Below are positions 1-11,295 of a stretch of DNA of 64,000 nucleotides, piece after piece; position 1 is the first letter of the stretch; each line of letters begins with the position of its first letter. The translations under genes were made by a program, and so were the position numbers. The stretch spans positions 10,354,001 to 10,418,000 of the forward strand of contig JBHGNT010000001.1 in the NCBI GenBank assembly GCA_043228905.1. The letters run 5' to 3'. Below the pieces are notes generated by a model, which was given only the letters and a program-made list of their open reading frames with translations, did not search any database and was not told the origin of the DNA. The DNA is from Azolla caroliniana (lineage: Eukaryota > Plantae > Polypodiophyta).

Positions 1-2
1 AA

Positions 3-308
3 CTGCAGCGAGACTTCAACCGGAAGCACCAATTAATGTGCAAGATGGATAGTCGGTTGCATGTGTTAGAAGAATCCCTCCGGTATCACGCAAAAATATC
101 CAGACAAAAACTAGAGCAGTGCAAGCCGGAGGTCGAGGAAGAGAAATCCAGGCTCGTTCGCAAATACGAGTAGGACATGGAGTTGTTCCAGAAAAAGCTC
201 GATGGGGTCATCTCCTTGTACAACATCGCCAAAGCAAAGCTTGAATTCGAGTCCTAGACCGCCACAAGCAAATTGCAAGTGTTGCGAGCCAAATATCAGA
301 TGGGCAAA
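3..308 (+). pseudogene. Fragment of a coiled-coil-like reading frame, origin unknown
   Basis: Manual translation of frame 3: LQRDFNRKHQ...EEEKSRLVRKYE*DMELFQKKLDG...; two TAG stops; abuts the truncated end of element A. Confidence 0.3.
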
Positions 309-309
309 A

Positions 310-3300
310 CCCGAGTCGTCGATAATCCAACTTGTCGCACAGTCGAGTAGTCTTGATGTGATGACGTAAAAGCCATACTCGATCTCCGATGGCAAAAGAG
401 GAGGGAAGCCGATGACGATCCGCGTAAGTCTTCTGTGTCTGTTGAGCATGACGAAGATGAGTAGAGAGATCCATCTAGATCTTGCGTAGTCTCTCCAAAT
501 GATCCTCGGCACGAGGATTGGTAGGTAGCTCTAGGGTGTCGATCATCGACCAACGAGGATGAGAACCGGTATAAGCATAGAATGGGGAGACTCAGGTCGA
601 GGAGTGAACAACATTATTATACGCAAACTCCGCAAAGTGGAGAATCTCGGCCCAATCGTCCTATTGATAACTCAGGAAACACCGGAGATATTGCTCTAGC
701 GTTTGGTTTGTTCGTTCCGCCTGCCCATCGGTCTGAGGATGGTAGCCGGAGGAGAGGTTGCAAGAGACCTTGAGCATCTTGAAGAGATGCTGCCAAAATT
801 TGGAGACGAATTGTGGTCCTCAGTCACTGATGACACTGTCTGAGAGGCCATGATGCCGAAATAACTCACGCATGACAAGGGCGGCGGTTTCCTCGCTAGT
901 GATGACCTTAGTACACGGCACAAAGTGTGCCATCTTCGTATATCGATCAACGATGGTTAAGATAGCATCGAACCCCTTCGAGATTGGTAGATTTGTAATA
1001 AAGTCAAGACAAATAGATTGCCACGGCTTACTTGGAATCGGTAAGGGTTCCAACAAGCCATATGGATGGTGTCGTGGCATCTTTGCTGGGCAGCAAGCAT
1101 CACAGGTCCGAACGTAGTCGTTGACAAAACGTCACATATGGGGCCACCAAAAGGATCGTTGAACTAGATCCAATGTCTTAGTGCTACCGAAATGTCCCGC
1201 CATATGGGTGTTGTGACAACTTTGGACGATTTGAAGGCGACATGAGAAATTGGGGACATATACAAGATTTTTAAAGAATAACAAACCATCATGATATTCG
1301 AATTATCGGTAGTCCATACCTGGTTGTTGAGACTGGGAACAAGATGCCCGAGAGGTATCAATGTGCGCCAGAATGTCTTGAGCAAAATTGTCCATCTTCA
1401 AGTTCGCACGTATGGTGTCGGTAATTTGGGAATCCATTGGGATGTGAAAAATCCGCGTTGTGTGCAATCGTGTTGGTCCCAAGATTACTTGCTTTTGATT
1501 ATCAAACACTGGATCACCAGGATGAGGTGCAAGATATGAACGCCGTGATAGTGCATCTACCTTTCCTTGCTGCTTCCCCGGTCAATATGCGATTTTGAAA
1601 TCAAAACGTGTGAGGAATTGAGCCAACCTAGCTTGCCATCGATTTAGCACACGAGCGTTCTGGAAATAAGAAAGATTCTTGTGATCACTGAAGATGATGA
1701 CCTGATGTGGAGAGCCCTCCAAAAAATGCCGCCATTGCACAAATGAATCCACGATGGCTAATAACTCCTTGTCATGTATTTCGTAGTTGATTTCCGCAAC
1801 ATCGAATTTGCACGAATGGAAAGCCACAAGATGTAACTCTTCTTTATCTCCTTGTTGAGAAAGGATGCTACCGAGGGTGAAATCTGATGCGTCGGCCTCC
1901 ATGATGAATGGTTTGCTTGTATCCACATGAGCTAGAATAGGCGTTGATGTAAAGGCTTTCTTAAGATGCCGAAAAGCCATGTCCGCTTCATTGAACCAAA
2001 GAAATGCTTGTCCCTTCTTCGTAAGTTGTGTGAGAGGTAAAATAATCTTCGAGTAATCCTGTATAAACTTGCGGTAAAAGTTAGCAAAACCTAGAAAACA
2101 TTGTACATCTCGTATTGACCGTGGAGTTTGCCATTCTAGCACAGTTTGGACTTTAGTTGGATCCATGGAGATGCCCTTTGAGGAGATGACGTAGCCTAGA
2201 AATTCCACTTGCTTGCAGTCAAAGCTACATTTTTCTAGCTTGGCATAAAGACCATTCTCGCAGAGTCGTTTTAGTACTAATAGTACATGAGAATCGTGCT
2301 CTTCCTGGGTCTTCGAATAAATCAATAGACCATCCCGATAGATTATCAAACAAATATCCAAGAGGTCTTTGAATATATCATTTGCCATGTGTTGGAAGAC
2401 TGCGGGTGCATTGGTTAGACCGAACGGCATAACAGTATATTCGAAGTGCCCATACCGCGTGCGAAAGGCGGTCTTCCATTCATCTCCTGGTTGGATCCGC
2501 ACGAGGTTATATGCTCCTCGTAGATCGATTTTTGTAAAAAACTTGGCACCATTAACTCGCTCTAAAAGACTTGATATAAGAGGAAGTGCATACCTATTCC
2601 GGATGGTGACTTTACTCAAGCCATGGTAATCAACGATGAGATGAAGTGAGCCATCTTTCTTCTTGACAAAGAAGATGGGTGCACCGGCTGGAGATTTTGA
2701 ATGACGAATAAACACGCTTGCCAAGTTCTCCTCTATGTAGGCTCGAAGGACTTCTAACTCGGTGGGTGACAAGTTGTAAATTGGCCCCCATGGTGGCTCT
2801 GCTCCTGGTTGTAAATCGATGGGAAAATCATAGGGACGATGATGAGGAAGAGTACCGGCTTTTACCTTGTCAAATACATCGGCATAAGGATGATATTTCG
2901 CCGGGAGTTGCCCTAAGGATTCCTCCTTAATAGTGCTGGAAGGATGTACTGATATTGCAAATAGGAACATTGCCTCCTTGTGTCCTTCTTCGCGTAATTG
3001 ACGTAGTGAAATGGTCGAAACTCGATGAGTAGATTCTTGGGGTTGTCGATGTTGGACTTCTCTTGTTCTCCAATCTATGTCTGGATTATGTAATTCAAAC
3101 CAAGGTAATCCCAGGACAATGGGATGCTCTGGACTACTAATTATATTAAATGATACTACACACACAAAACTACCTAGGACAACTTGAATGGGTTCTGACT
3201 CTTCTACAATATTCCCGGAAGCAATGGGACGACCATCAATGACTACTACAGATGCGGGGCAAGGAAGTTTTCTTAAGGATATCTGAGAAGCTTGGGCAAA

Positions 3301-3465
3301 ATTTCGATCCATGAAACAGGAATTAGCTCTGGAATCTAGAAGTGCTAGGACGTGTACTGGGGGAGTACTTTTAGTACTAACCATGACTTGGGCTAGGAAC
3401 ACATTGCTAACTTGCTTGGAGGGAATGGAATCACTAATGGGTTGTACAGATCTAGGGTTGTCCAA
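310..3465 (-). pseudogene. pol: Element A pol (protease, RT, RNase H, integrase), disrupted
   Basis: ORF 1582-3465: ALLDSRA protease, KIDLRGAY, VMPFGLTNAP, YRDG (degenerate YLDD), EADASDF and NYEIHDKELLAI RNase H; integrase pieces LEPLPIPSKPWQSICLDFI (820-1080). Confidence 0.93.
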
Positions 3466-3490
3466 CCAATGGCTCCTATTTTGGCTGGAC

Positions 3491-4648
3491 TCAATTGTTT
3501 AACTCTTCATCTAATTGACTAAGGATTTCAAATTTGTTTGAGATACTTGGGCTATGAGTACTATTAATACTATCAGACACTCTATTAGTACTATTAATAC
3601 TATCAGACACTCCGAAGGGAAGAATTGACTCGGGTTTAGTATAGGCTACGATTTGATTTACCTGTCTTCTTGGCCTATGGGGACAATTGATTGTGATATG
3701 CCCTGGTCCACCGCAATAAAGACATAATCGATTTGCACGTTGTCATTGTTTTTCTTCTTCTGATAACGGGCCTCGTCGACGCATGGTGTCGATCTCCATC
3801 GGTGTCAGAGTATTTGCTTGAGGTATGTCTCGTGCAAATGGTTTAGCCGCGATTGAGGCGTAAGTGGGCTCCGACCTAGAGTGTGGTATTTGTAATTGAC
3901 GTTCCGAACGCCGTTCGAAAAGGCGGTTGTCGCATCGGACCGCTCGACTGATTGCTTCCGTAAGAGACTTTGGTTCTTCAGGGAAGGTTAGAAGTAAATC
4001 TTTGACATCGTTTCGCAGGCTGGAGCGAAACTGCTCCATTAGTGCCTGATCATCCCAGGGGATATCTGAAGTGAGTAGACGGAAATCTGCCACGTAGGCA
4101 GAGGCTGGACGATCGCCTTGACGCAATCGTCGGATCTTGTTGATCGCCATCCTGATGCTGTCGGTGTCTCCAAAGCAGGCTTTAAACTCACTAATAAAAT
4201 CTTCAGAGTTATTAAGCAAGGGCGATTGTTTTTCTAGAAGCGGAGCGAACCATGCTAAGGCTGAGCCGCTAAGCAACGTGCCTATTAGGCCGACTCGGGA
4301 TGCATCAGTGGGGTATCGGGAAGGATGCATTTGGATGACTAATCGTACCTGATTAAGGAATCCCCTGAATTGCAATCGTGTTCCATCAAATTTCACAGGA
4401 AGTCCAATCTATGGCTCTTTATGAAATCATTGGGAACTTGATCCTTGTTGTTGCAATGCTGCTTCGAGTTGTTGTACCCGTAATGCTAACTCCCCATGAT
4501 GTTGCTGCATTTGTTGTTTTTCTAGAGCGATTTGTTGCAAATCCCCTATCAGCTGTTGGTTTTCTTGTTCCAAGGCAACAAATTTTTCTTTTAGGCACTG
4601 TAGCTCGAAGAAAACGGATTGATATTCTTGGGTACTAACAGTAGCCAT
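3491..4648 (-). pseudogene. gag: Element A gag (coiled coil, capsid, CCHC knuckle)
   Basis: ORFs 4427-4648 and 3743-4396 (KFDGTRLQFRGFL...PMEID); frame continues past a TGA into CLYCGGPGHITINC and an in-frame 30-bp duplication (about 3557-3613), ending EELNN*. Confidence 0.88.
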
Positions 4649-4718
4649 AGTATAGGGAAAAGGGTAGGAGGATGAGGGAGAACGACAAGTAGGCTTGAGG
4701 AGGAAAATTGGTTCAAAC

Positions 4719-5138
4719 TGTCAGGAATAGTACTAAAGTAGAGAGAGAATTAGTACTAAAGAAGAGAAGTACTATTAGTACTAAGAGGACGGGACTGCGT
4801 AAGATTCCCGAGAGAGAAAGAGGGAAGAGGAGAGAGAGATAGCGAGGATGAGAGAGAGAGAGATGATGATAACAACTAATATATTATGTGAAGGATAAGT
4901 ACAAAGTGGCTAGAGGCTTAAGACTGGCGTTGAACCAATTTGGTTCAAAACAATGCCTTGTGCCTCCTTTTATAGTGCTCTTAGGAGTAGTCCTTAAGCT
5001 TCTAGAATGTTCCAGAGAAATCTGGAATATGCATTAATTTCTTATAATAAATCATAAATGAAAATGATATCCTACAAATTACAATAGATGGTGTGATGGT
5101 TAAGAGCTCGTGGGTTCGAGTCTTGCCATATCATGACA
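4719..5138 (-). repeat. Element A 5' LTR (420 bp)
   Basis: TGTCA...TGACA inverted termini; TATAAAA on minus strand at 4968-4974; CT-rich tract. Confidence 0.85.
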
Positions 5139-8100
5139 TCAAGTTTCGTAAAATACCGAGCTCCCTGGAGACGGTCAATTAGATCGTCAACCCGGGGCAA
5201 TGGATATGAATTCTTGATCGTCACTTTATTCAGGCATCGATAATTAATACACATAAGCCATGTGCCCTCTTTCTTTTTTACCAAGAGAACATGTGCACCC
5301 CATGGAGATTTACTATAACATATATAACACATTCGTAAATAGTTCTTGAATTGCTTAGTCTAGTATTACATCAGTGGTACAAAGATTCATTACATGGAAG
5401 TCTACTTCCTCTATATAAGTATAAATAGAAATTCCTAATGAACGAATCACCCTGTTGATGTATTGTACTCTTCCATTAGCCAAGTGCACCCTATAGGTGT
5501 GATCACTTATGGTGGGTTGGATTCCCCATATCTGAACCAAACGATCATTCACAAAATTGTGTGAGCTTCCTGAATCAAATAAAAATTGTACGGGAGATCC
5601 ATTGATATACCCGTTTGCACGTAGTAAATCATTGGGTCCCAATACATAGTGAGGGAAAGATCATTGACAATTACTTAAATCATTTGTATAGACCTCAAGG
5701 ACATTAGGAATCCGACCTTTATGGTCTGCAACTTTTGCTTTGTTGTTGTGCTCTTTCTGTTGGAGCTTTCAACATTGTTCTTTTGTATGACCCTTCTTTT
5801 TGCAGAATACGCAAAAAGGATGTTGTCGCTTACAATCGCGATCCATGAATTCGTTGGGTGTCTTGCGTTTCCCAGCGAATTGCAACTGCTTAGTCTCGAG
5901 CGCTTTGTTGGGTTTGTTATGGTCCTTCTTCGAAGTGCGTTGATAGCGAAGAACTATTTCAACGGCCTCTTCAAAGGATTTTGGATCCTTATTGTGCACT
6001 ATCTAGTGATAGTTCGAATTGGGGATGTCAATGACAAAACAAGCTATTAACCAGTTGTCCCCTACTAGACCCGATTTTTGGATTTGGGTTCTAGCATGGT
6101 GAACATAGTCTTCTAGCGAGGAAAACTTCCTGCTAGAGAGGTTCATTAAAGCTTGTGCTGCCTCGACTTGAGAGGGAGGTTGCAAATTTGGCCCTTGAAA
6201 ATTGTGACAAAATTTGTCCAGGTATCAGGCAATTTTCCTAAAGTTCAGAGCCCACGCCACCAGGCGGCGACCTTACCCCCTAGTTCTCGACCGACATATG
6301 CAATCGTCGTACTATCTGGCTTGGGATAGAGCTCAAAATGAGACTCCCATCGGCCCAACCACGTGCAGATTGCTTCTTCGGTTCTTTCCATTTTTGCTCC
6401 CGTAAATGGCTTTACAACAAATGATGGTTCACCCTGATGCTCATCGGGTCTATTAGTGTTATGTTGTAAACTAATGACACATGCCTCAAGAGCACTTTGA
6501 GATTGCCGAAGTTTGGACATCTGATGAGTGGTTGAACTAAGGAAATTTTGTATTTGTAAGAAATACAACTCAATGGAAATTGGTCTAGGAGGATTTCCTT
6601 TAGTTCCTTCCGCTTGAGCGGATGACATCGGGTCGTTATTATTAAGAAATAGGATAAGGTCAAACAAATAGTCATAACATCAAGTCGTGATGTAAACATA
6701 TCATGGGTCAACATTAATCGATATCATGATCTCGCGTCAATACCCCTCTAGACGCATGAGATGAGGTTCAAGATTAGGTTACTATGGTAACACAAAGGTG
6801 TTTTAAAAACCATGGGGGTGACAAATGAATGTCTTTCCCTGATCTCTATATCAATTTTTTCATGGCTGCTCCCTGAGGCTCAACCATGTATGTTCGTGTC
6901 ATGAATAGTTTATACACGAAAAAAATGTTAACAATAAACTATATTTCTGTGCCCACGTATGTGGTTTCGGCTCTTTAAGTCCTATTACGAGGACCCCGAA
7001 GTGCACTTAGACCTAAAGTCTAAACATGTATTATAGTCATATGTATCAACAATGTTGTATGGTCTTGGTCATATTTGAACTCGAGACCTCGAGAACAAAT
7101 GCATTAAACACTTGAGCTAACCAAATAGGTTGCTCGTGTTGAATGTTTAATATTTTAAAAATGCGTATAAGAGATATGTGAGGCATTTGCCCATATATGT
7201 TTTTTTAAAAGAAACATATATGTCAAGAGTCCTTATTTCACTCTCGTTTACCACAAATTATGTTGGTACGTTACCTAACCTCAACTCTCACAATTACGAT
7301 GGCATACGCCAAAGTGCAACCTAATGGTAAAGCGAAATGAGACCTCTTTTCGTAGTAGGCACACGTGGCCCATCACATGGTTACGTCATCACGAATGCCT
7401 TTTGTAAGAATGATCTCATGGTGGCATTGTATCCATGTAATGAGCGAGGGATGTTGGATATGTGTGTCATAGAAGTGACCTCACATGAAGTGGGTCAAGC
7501 CCTACGTTGTCGACATCATTGTGGCTATGATCATTTTGTTACGTAACGAAAAAGAAGTGACCAACGGGGATGTCAACAAAAAAATTGTTGAAAAAAGGAT
7601 GGTGACTACGCCATTCTCACAAAAATGTGAGGATGGCCACCAAGATCCTTTCCCTGAATATACACATACGATATAGAAATCACGCAATAACTAATATACA
7701 CATATGTATATTTATCACATATATACGATCAAATACGTATACACGTGACCGCATATGCATATATTAAAAAAAATTGTAATATCAAATAGCCAACAATGAT
7801 GTAATCGAGATACGTAATCGAGGCATATAGCCTCTACGGATACAAAACATCAAAAAATAAGGGTTAATCATAATACGCAATTGAGGTATTGATCTCTTAT
7901 GCATACAACACCAAACACATATCATTTACTTAGAAATCGAGGTGTTGACCACATACGCATACGTAACATATGTATGTGAACGTATTACACAATTGAGGTA
8001 TTAACCTCGTACGCATACAACACGAATCATATATCAAATATATGTCAAATGAGGTATTGACCTCATACACATATGTAAACGTTTTATACAACCAATTATT

Positions 8101-8310
8101 ACCACTACAACAACATTGAATCAATGAAAGAAAACACATATTGACTATACATGATTAGATTGGGAGAAGAAAGAATAGAAAAAAAAACAAGAAAGAGTTA
8201 CCAAAGTTCCTTTGTTGATCGCTATCTGGATCAAGGTTGACCGCATGTCGATTGATCGACATCCATCAAGAAGACAACAAAAACCAGCAAAAGAAACATT
8301 AGAAACACAA

Positions 8311-8322
8311 GCTCTGATACCA
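8311..8322 (-). promoter_or_regulatory. Primer binding site, initiator tRNA-Met
   Basis: TGGTATCAGAGC on minus strand, 2 nt from an LTR end. Confidence 0.85.
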
Positions 8323-8324
8323 AC

Positions 8325-8767
8325 TATTAGAGTAATGATCAAATGTAAGCATATGATAAGGATATAAGATATATGAAATAAGAAAGGAGAGAGAGAAAGA
8401 AGGGTGCCGATCCACCAGACCACCCCCGAGCGAAGGGATCGAGCCTCAATCGGCGTCCCATACCACTGTTGTGGTGTCAAGTTGTACATCGTGCTGGCGT
8501 GCTCGCTACAAGAGTTGACCCACCACGAAACAGACTCTCGACGTAGTCCGGAGATCATGAAATGAGGGTAGCTAGGCCTCATATTTATAGCAGGACCCAA
8601 GGCCTCCAGGCAAGTTCACACTTGGCCTAATGGGTTGCCTCAATCCCGAGGATTAAAAGTAATCCTCCCCTTCTTTACGCTCTCGTTTAACCCTCACACT
8701 TATCCATGTGTATAGAATACTACGGTAAATTCTCACCATGGGATATTATATGATCATGCCCATAACA
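8325..8767 (-). repeat. 5' LTR of minus-strand element (B)
   Basis: TGTTA...TAATA (mutated TAACA) termini; TATAAATA at about 8582-8589; followed by Met PBS. Confidence 0.72.
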
Positions 8768-8823
8768 AGGTCGGCTCGAACGAGGCCGACACGGTCGGCC
8801 GACCAAAGAGCGTAACTCCCACT

Positions 8824-9104
8824 TGTTGGCATAAAACGTTGACTCCTTCAACTTTGTATCCTAGTGTGAACTCGTCCACATAGTTAGGGCTTAGTATATA
8901 TAAGCAATAACCTAACGTTGTAAAGTGACGATCTTCTTGGTCATGTATTGAATATTGAGTCTCTGAGCGATAGAGACACAGAGAACGTAATAGAGCTTCC
9001 ATTAAAGCTTCAATCTGTGTATATCTTTGCTTCTCTTTTTGTGTTGTTTTCTAAGTACGAATTGAGACAAATACTCATACGTTTTCTCATACACTTATGC
9101 GTCA
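8824..9104 (+). repeat. Element C 5' LTR
   Basis: TGTTGGCATAAAA...TCA; direct repeat of 31646-31926. Confidence 0.92.
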
Positions 9105-9199
9105 ACTGGTATCAAAGCAATTTGTTGTTCGGCGGCAACAGACAACAGAAAAGGCTGAAAGAAAAGACTAGGTTAGTAAATCTCACTTCCAAGAGAATC

Positions 9200-10606
9200 A
9201 TGGCATCAACATCCGATACAGGAATTGAAATTTGAAAATTTGACGGCAAAAACTTTGCCCTATGGAAGGAGATGATGCAGGACGCACTGATGATTTGAAG
9301 ACAGGTCGAGGCCATTCGACACTCCAAAAAGCTTGCTTCAATGTTAGCCGATGAGTGGAGATCAATGGACGAAATCGCACGCTCCACCATTTGAATGCAC
9401 CTAGCCGAAAACGTCTACTTTAGCATGGCAAAAGAGACGACATCGTTCTCACTATGTGAGAATTTACAAGCCATGTACGAGAAAAAGTCCTCATCTTCAA
9501 AATTGATTTTGATCAAACAATTGTTCAACATGAAGATGAGAGAGACCGATCCGGGTACCTCCCACATCAACACCTTTAGCCGGGTGTTGTCAGAACTCTC
9601 CTCACAAGGGATCAACTTCGAAGAAGAAATGAAAGCCCTTGCCCTCCTATCGAGCTTGCCGGAGAGTTGGAAGGTATTCTGCACGACATACGCTAATAGT
9701 CGACCGATCCTAAATCTAGATGAGACGATCGGCCAAGTCCTCACCGGGGACATTTGGCGAAAATTGATGGGACTTACCATCGATGAATCAGTAGAAGCCC
9801 ATCACTCGACCGAGTCATTCGACTGACAGAGTCGATCGAGAGAACAAGCCGACAGAACTAGTCAGAATACCAACTGATAAAAAACGAGGGGAGACCGACA
9901 ACGGTTGAAGTTGAGAACGGGCCAATTAGGTGAATTCTGCACACACTGCAGAAAAGCTAGCCACAATGTTTCTGATTGCTAGTGAATCAAGAGGAAGGAG
10001 AGTGGTCAGTGATCCGAGCGGAATCAAGGATGATCTGACTCGGACCACTCTCCAGTCGGCAACCAAATCAACGTTGCTGACTCCCGATCAGGAGAAGTTC
10101 TCTCCTTAGAAGACTCAATGATCGGAGAAGTCATATACTATGCACAAGGTGCACACACGTGGTTACTGGATTCCGGTTCCACATTCCATGTGACCCCCAA
10201 CATCGAATGGTTTTCAAACTATTCAACCGACGCCAGCGGCACAGTCCAACTAGGAAACGAGCAAGAGTGTAGAATAGCAGGGACAGGAGAGGTTCCCATC
10301 CGATTGGCCAATGACAAAACACAATAACCCTGCACCAAGTTCGGCACATACCCAATTTGAAAAGGAGCCTGGTCTCCATCGGCATGCTAGCCGAAGATGG
10401 GTATCGAACGACTCTTAGTGAGTCAGCATGGATGATCAGCCGAGGAAACCTCAAAATTGGGAGTGGGCACAAGTACAACAACATGCACCCATTAATGGCA
10501 ATCAATCCAGAAGGGGCCCTGGACATAGCCAAAAAGACCAACCCAAACTTATGGCATGGCCGACTCGGTCACATGTCTCAAACTGGACTTGATCGGCTAA
10601 TGGCGG
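9200..10606 (+). pseudogene. gag: Element C gag, protease and pre-integrase
   Basis: KFDGKNFALWK, LIKQLFNMKM, LLSSLPESW, CTHCRKASHNVSDC, WLLDSGSTFHV, LWHGRLGHMS; many stops. Confidence 0.88.
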
Positions 10607-11259
10607 TGTTGTGACGTTTCCATGCCACGATGAGAAAATAACCTCTACCAATTTATATGAGCTCATTCAAATCTTTGTAAAAGGTTATATAGAGTGTGAG
10701 GCCTCGATGAATAGGGGCGTGTGGGGGTTTAGGTGTTGTGAAGGATTTGTTTCACAATAGAAAAATAAACTAAAATATTGTATTGAATAACATTTGAGAA
10801 ACTTGAACCCTCAACCTCACATACCAAACACAAGGCACATACCATTAGGCTAGGTCATTTGTTCTTTTAAAGCTATATTTTAATGTTTGTACTTATGCCA
10901 GTTCATACATGAAAGCTCAAATGTGTGGGATGTCTATCATGCACCACATGTAATGCATGAATGCCATTTAATGGCGATCATGCATCACATGCATGTCTTG
11001 TACCCTCACATGCATCATATGCATGGGGGCACCTATTTAAAGAGGGAAAGGGAAAAGAGGGGGAACAGGAGATGAGGAATATTATTGTAATAGGAGGGAC
11101 AAGCTATATTATTGTACAAGAAATATTTTGTACTCATCTTCAGATATCAATACAAGTTATTTCCGTTTTTCCTCTTTCTTTGACAAGAAGCTTGGTGCTT
11201 ACTTCCTAGATTCACGATTTTCTTTTCGGTTGCTCTTGTACGCCAAGATCAACGCGACA
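10607..11259 (+). repeat. Element D 5' LTR
   Basis: TGTTGTG...CGCGACA; ATGCAT-rich tract; matches both halves of the 3' LTR. Confidence 0.92.
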
Positions 11260-11260
11260 G

Positions 11261-11278
11261 TGGTGAACCCGACGTGAA
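11261..11278 (+). promoter_or_regulatory. Primer binding site, tRNA-Trp
   Basis: TGGTGAACCCGACGTGAA, complement of the plant tRNA-Trp 3' end (recalled as TTCACGTCGGGTTCA-CCA); same site at 33787 and degenerate at 48163-48180. Confidence 0.82.
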
Positions 11279-11295
11279 ATGGGAAGTTAAGAGAG

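Larger units (their letters stand above)
310..5138 (-). mobile_element. Element A: Ty3/Gypsy LTR retrotransposon (Tf1/sushi/Tcn1 chromovirus-like), 3'-truncated
   Basis: gag-PR-RT-RH-INT order; 5' LTR 4719-5138; ends at KLDYRRLG (start of GPY/F motif); inserted into RT of element B. Confidence 0.92.
5139..8767 (-). mobile_element. Element B: degraded Ty3/Gypsy (LTR, long leader, gag, PR, start of RT)
   Basis: gag 6245-6667; CVFCKKKGHTKEQC knuckle (5769-5999); FLFDSGSSHNF protease (5355-5642); [25 protein letters not shown] cut by LTR A. Linking the LTR/PBS to this gag across 6700-8310 is inferred. Confidence 0.75.

Noticed and set aside
111-308. Chromodomain at the end of element A integrase
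   Set aside because: A is truncated at about 310; the leftward sequence reads better as an unrelated plus-strand frame
10796-10852. Functional tRNA gene
   Set aside because: No convincing acceptor stem; embedded in an LTR; kept only as a tRNA-like cassette
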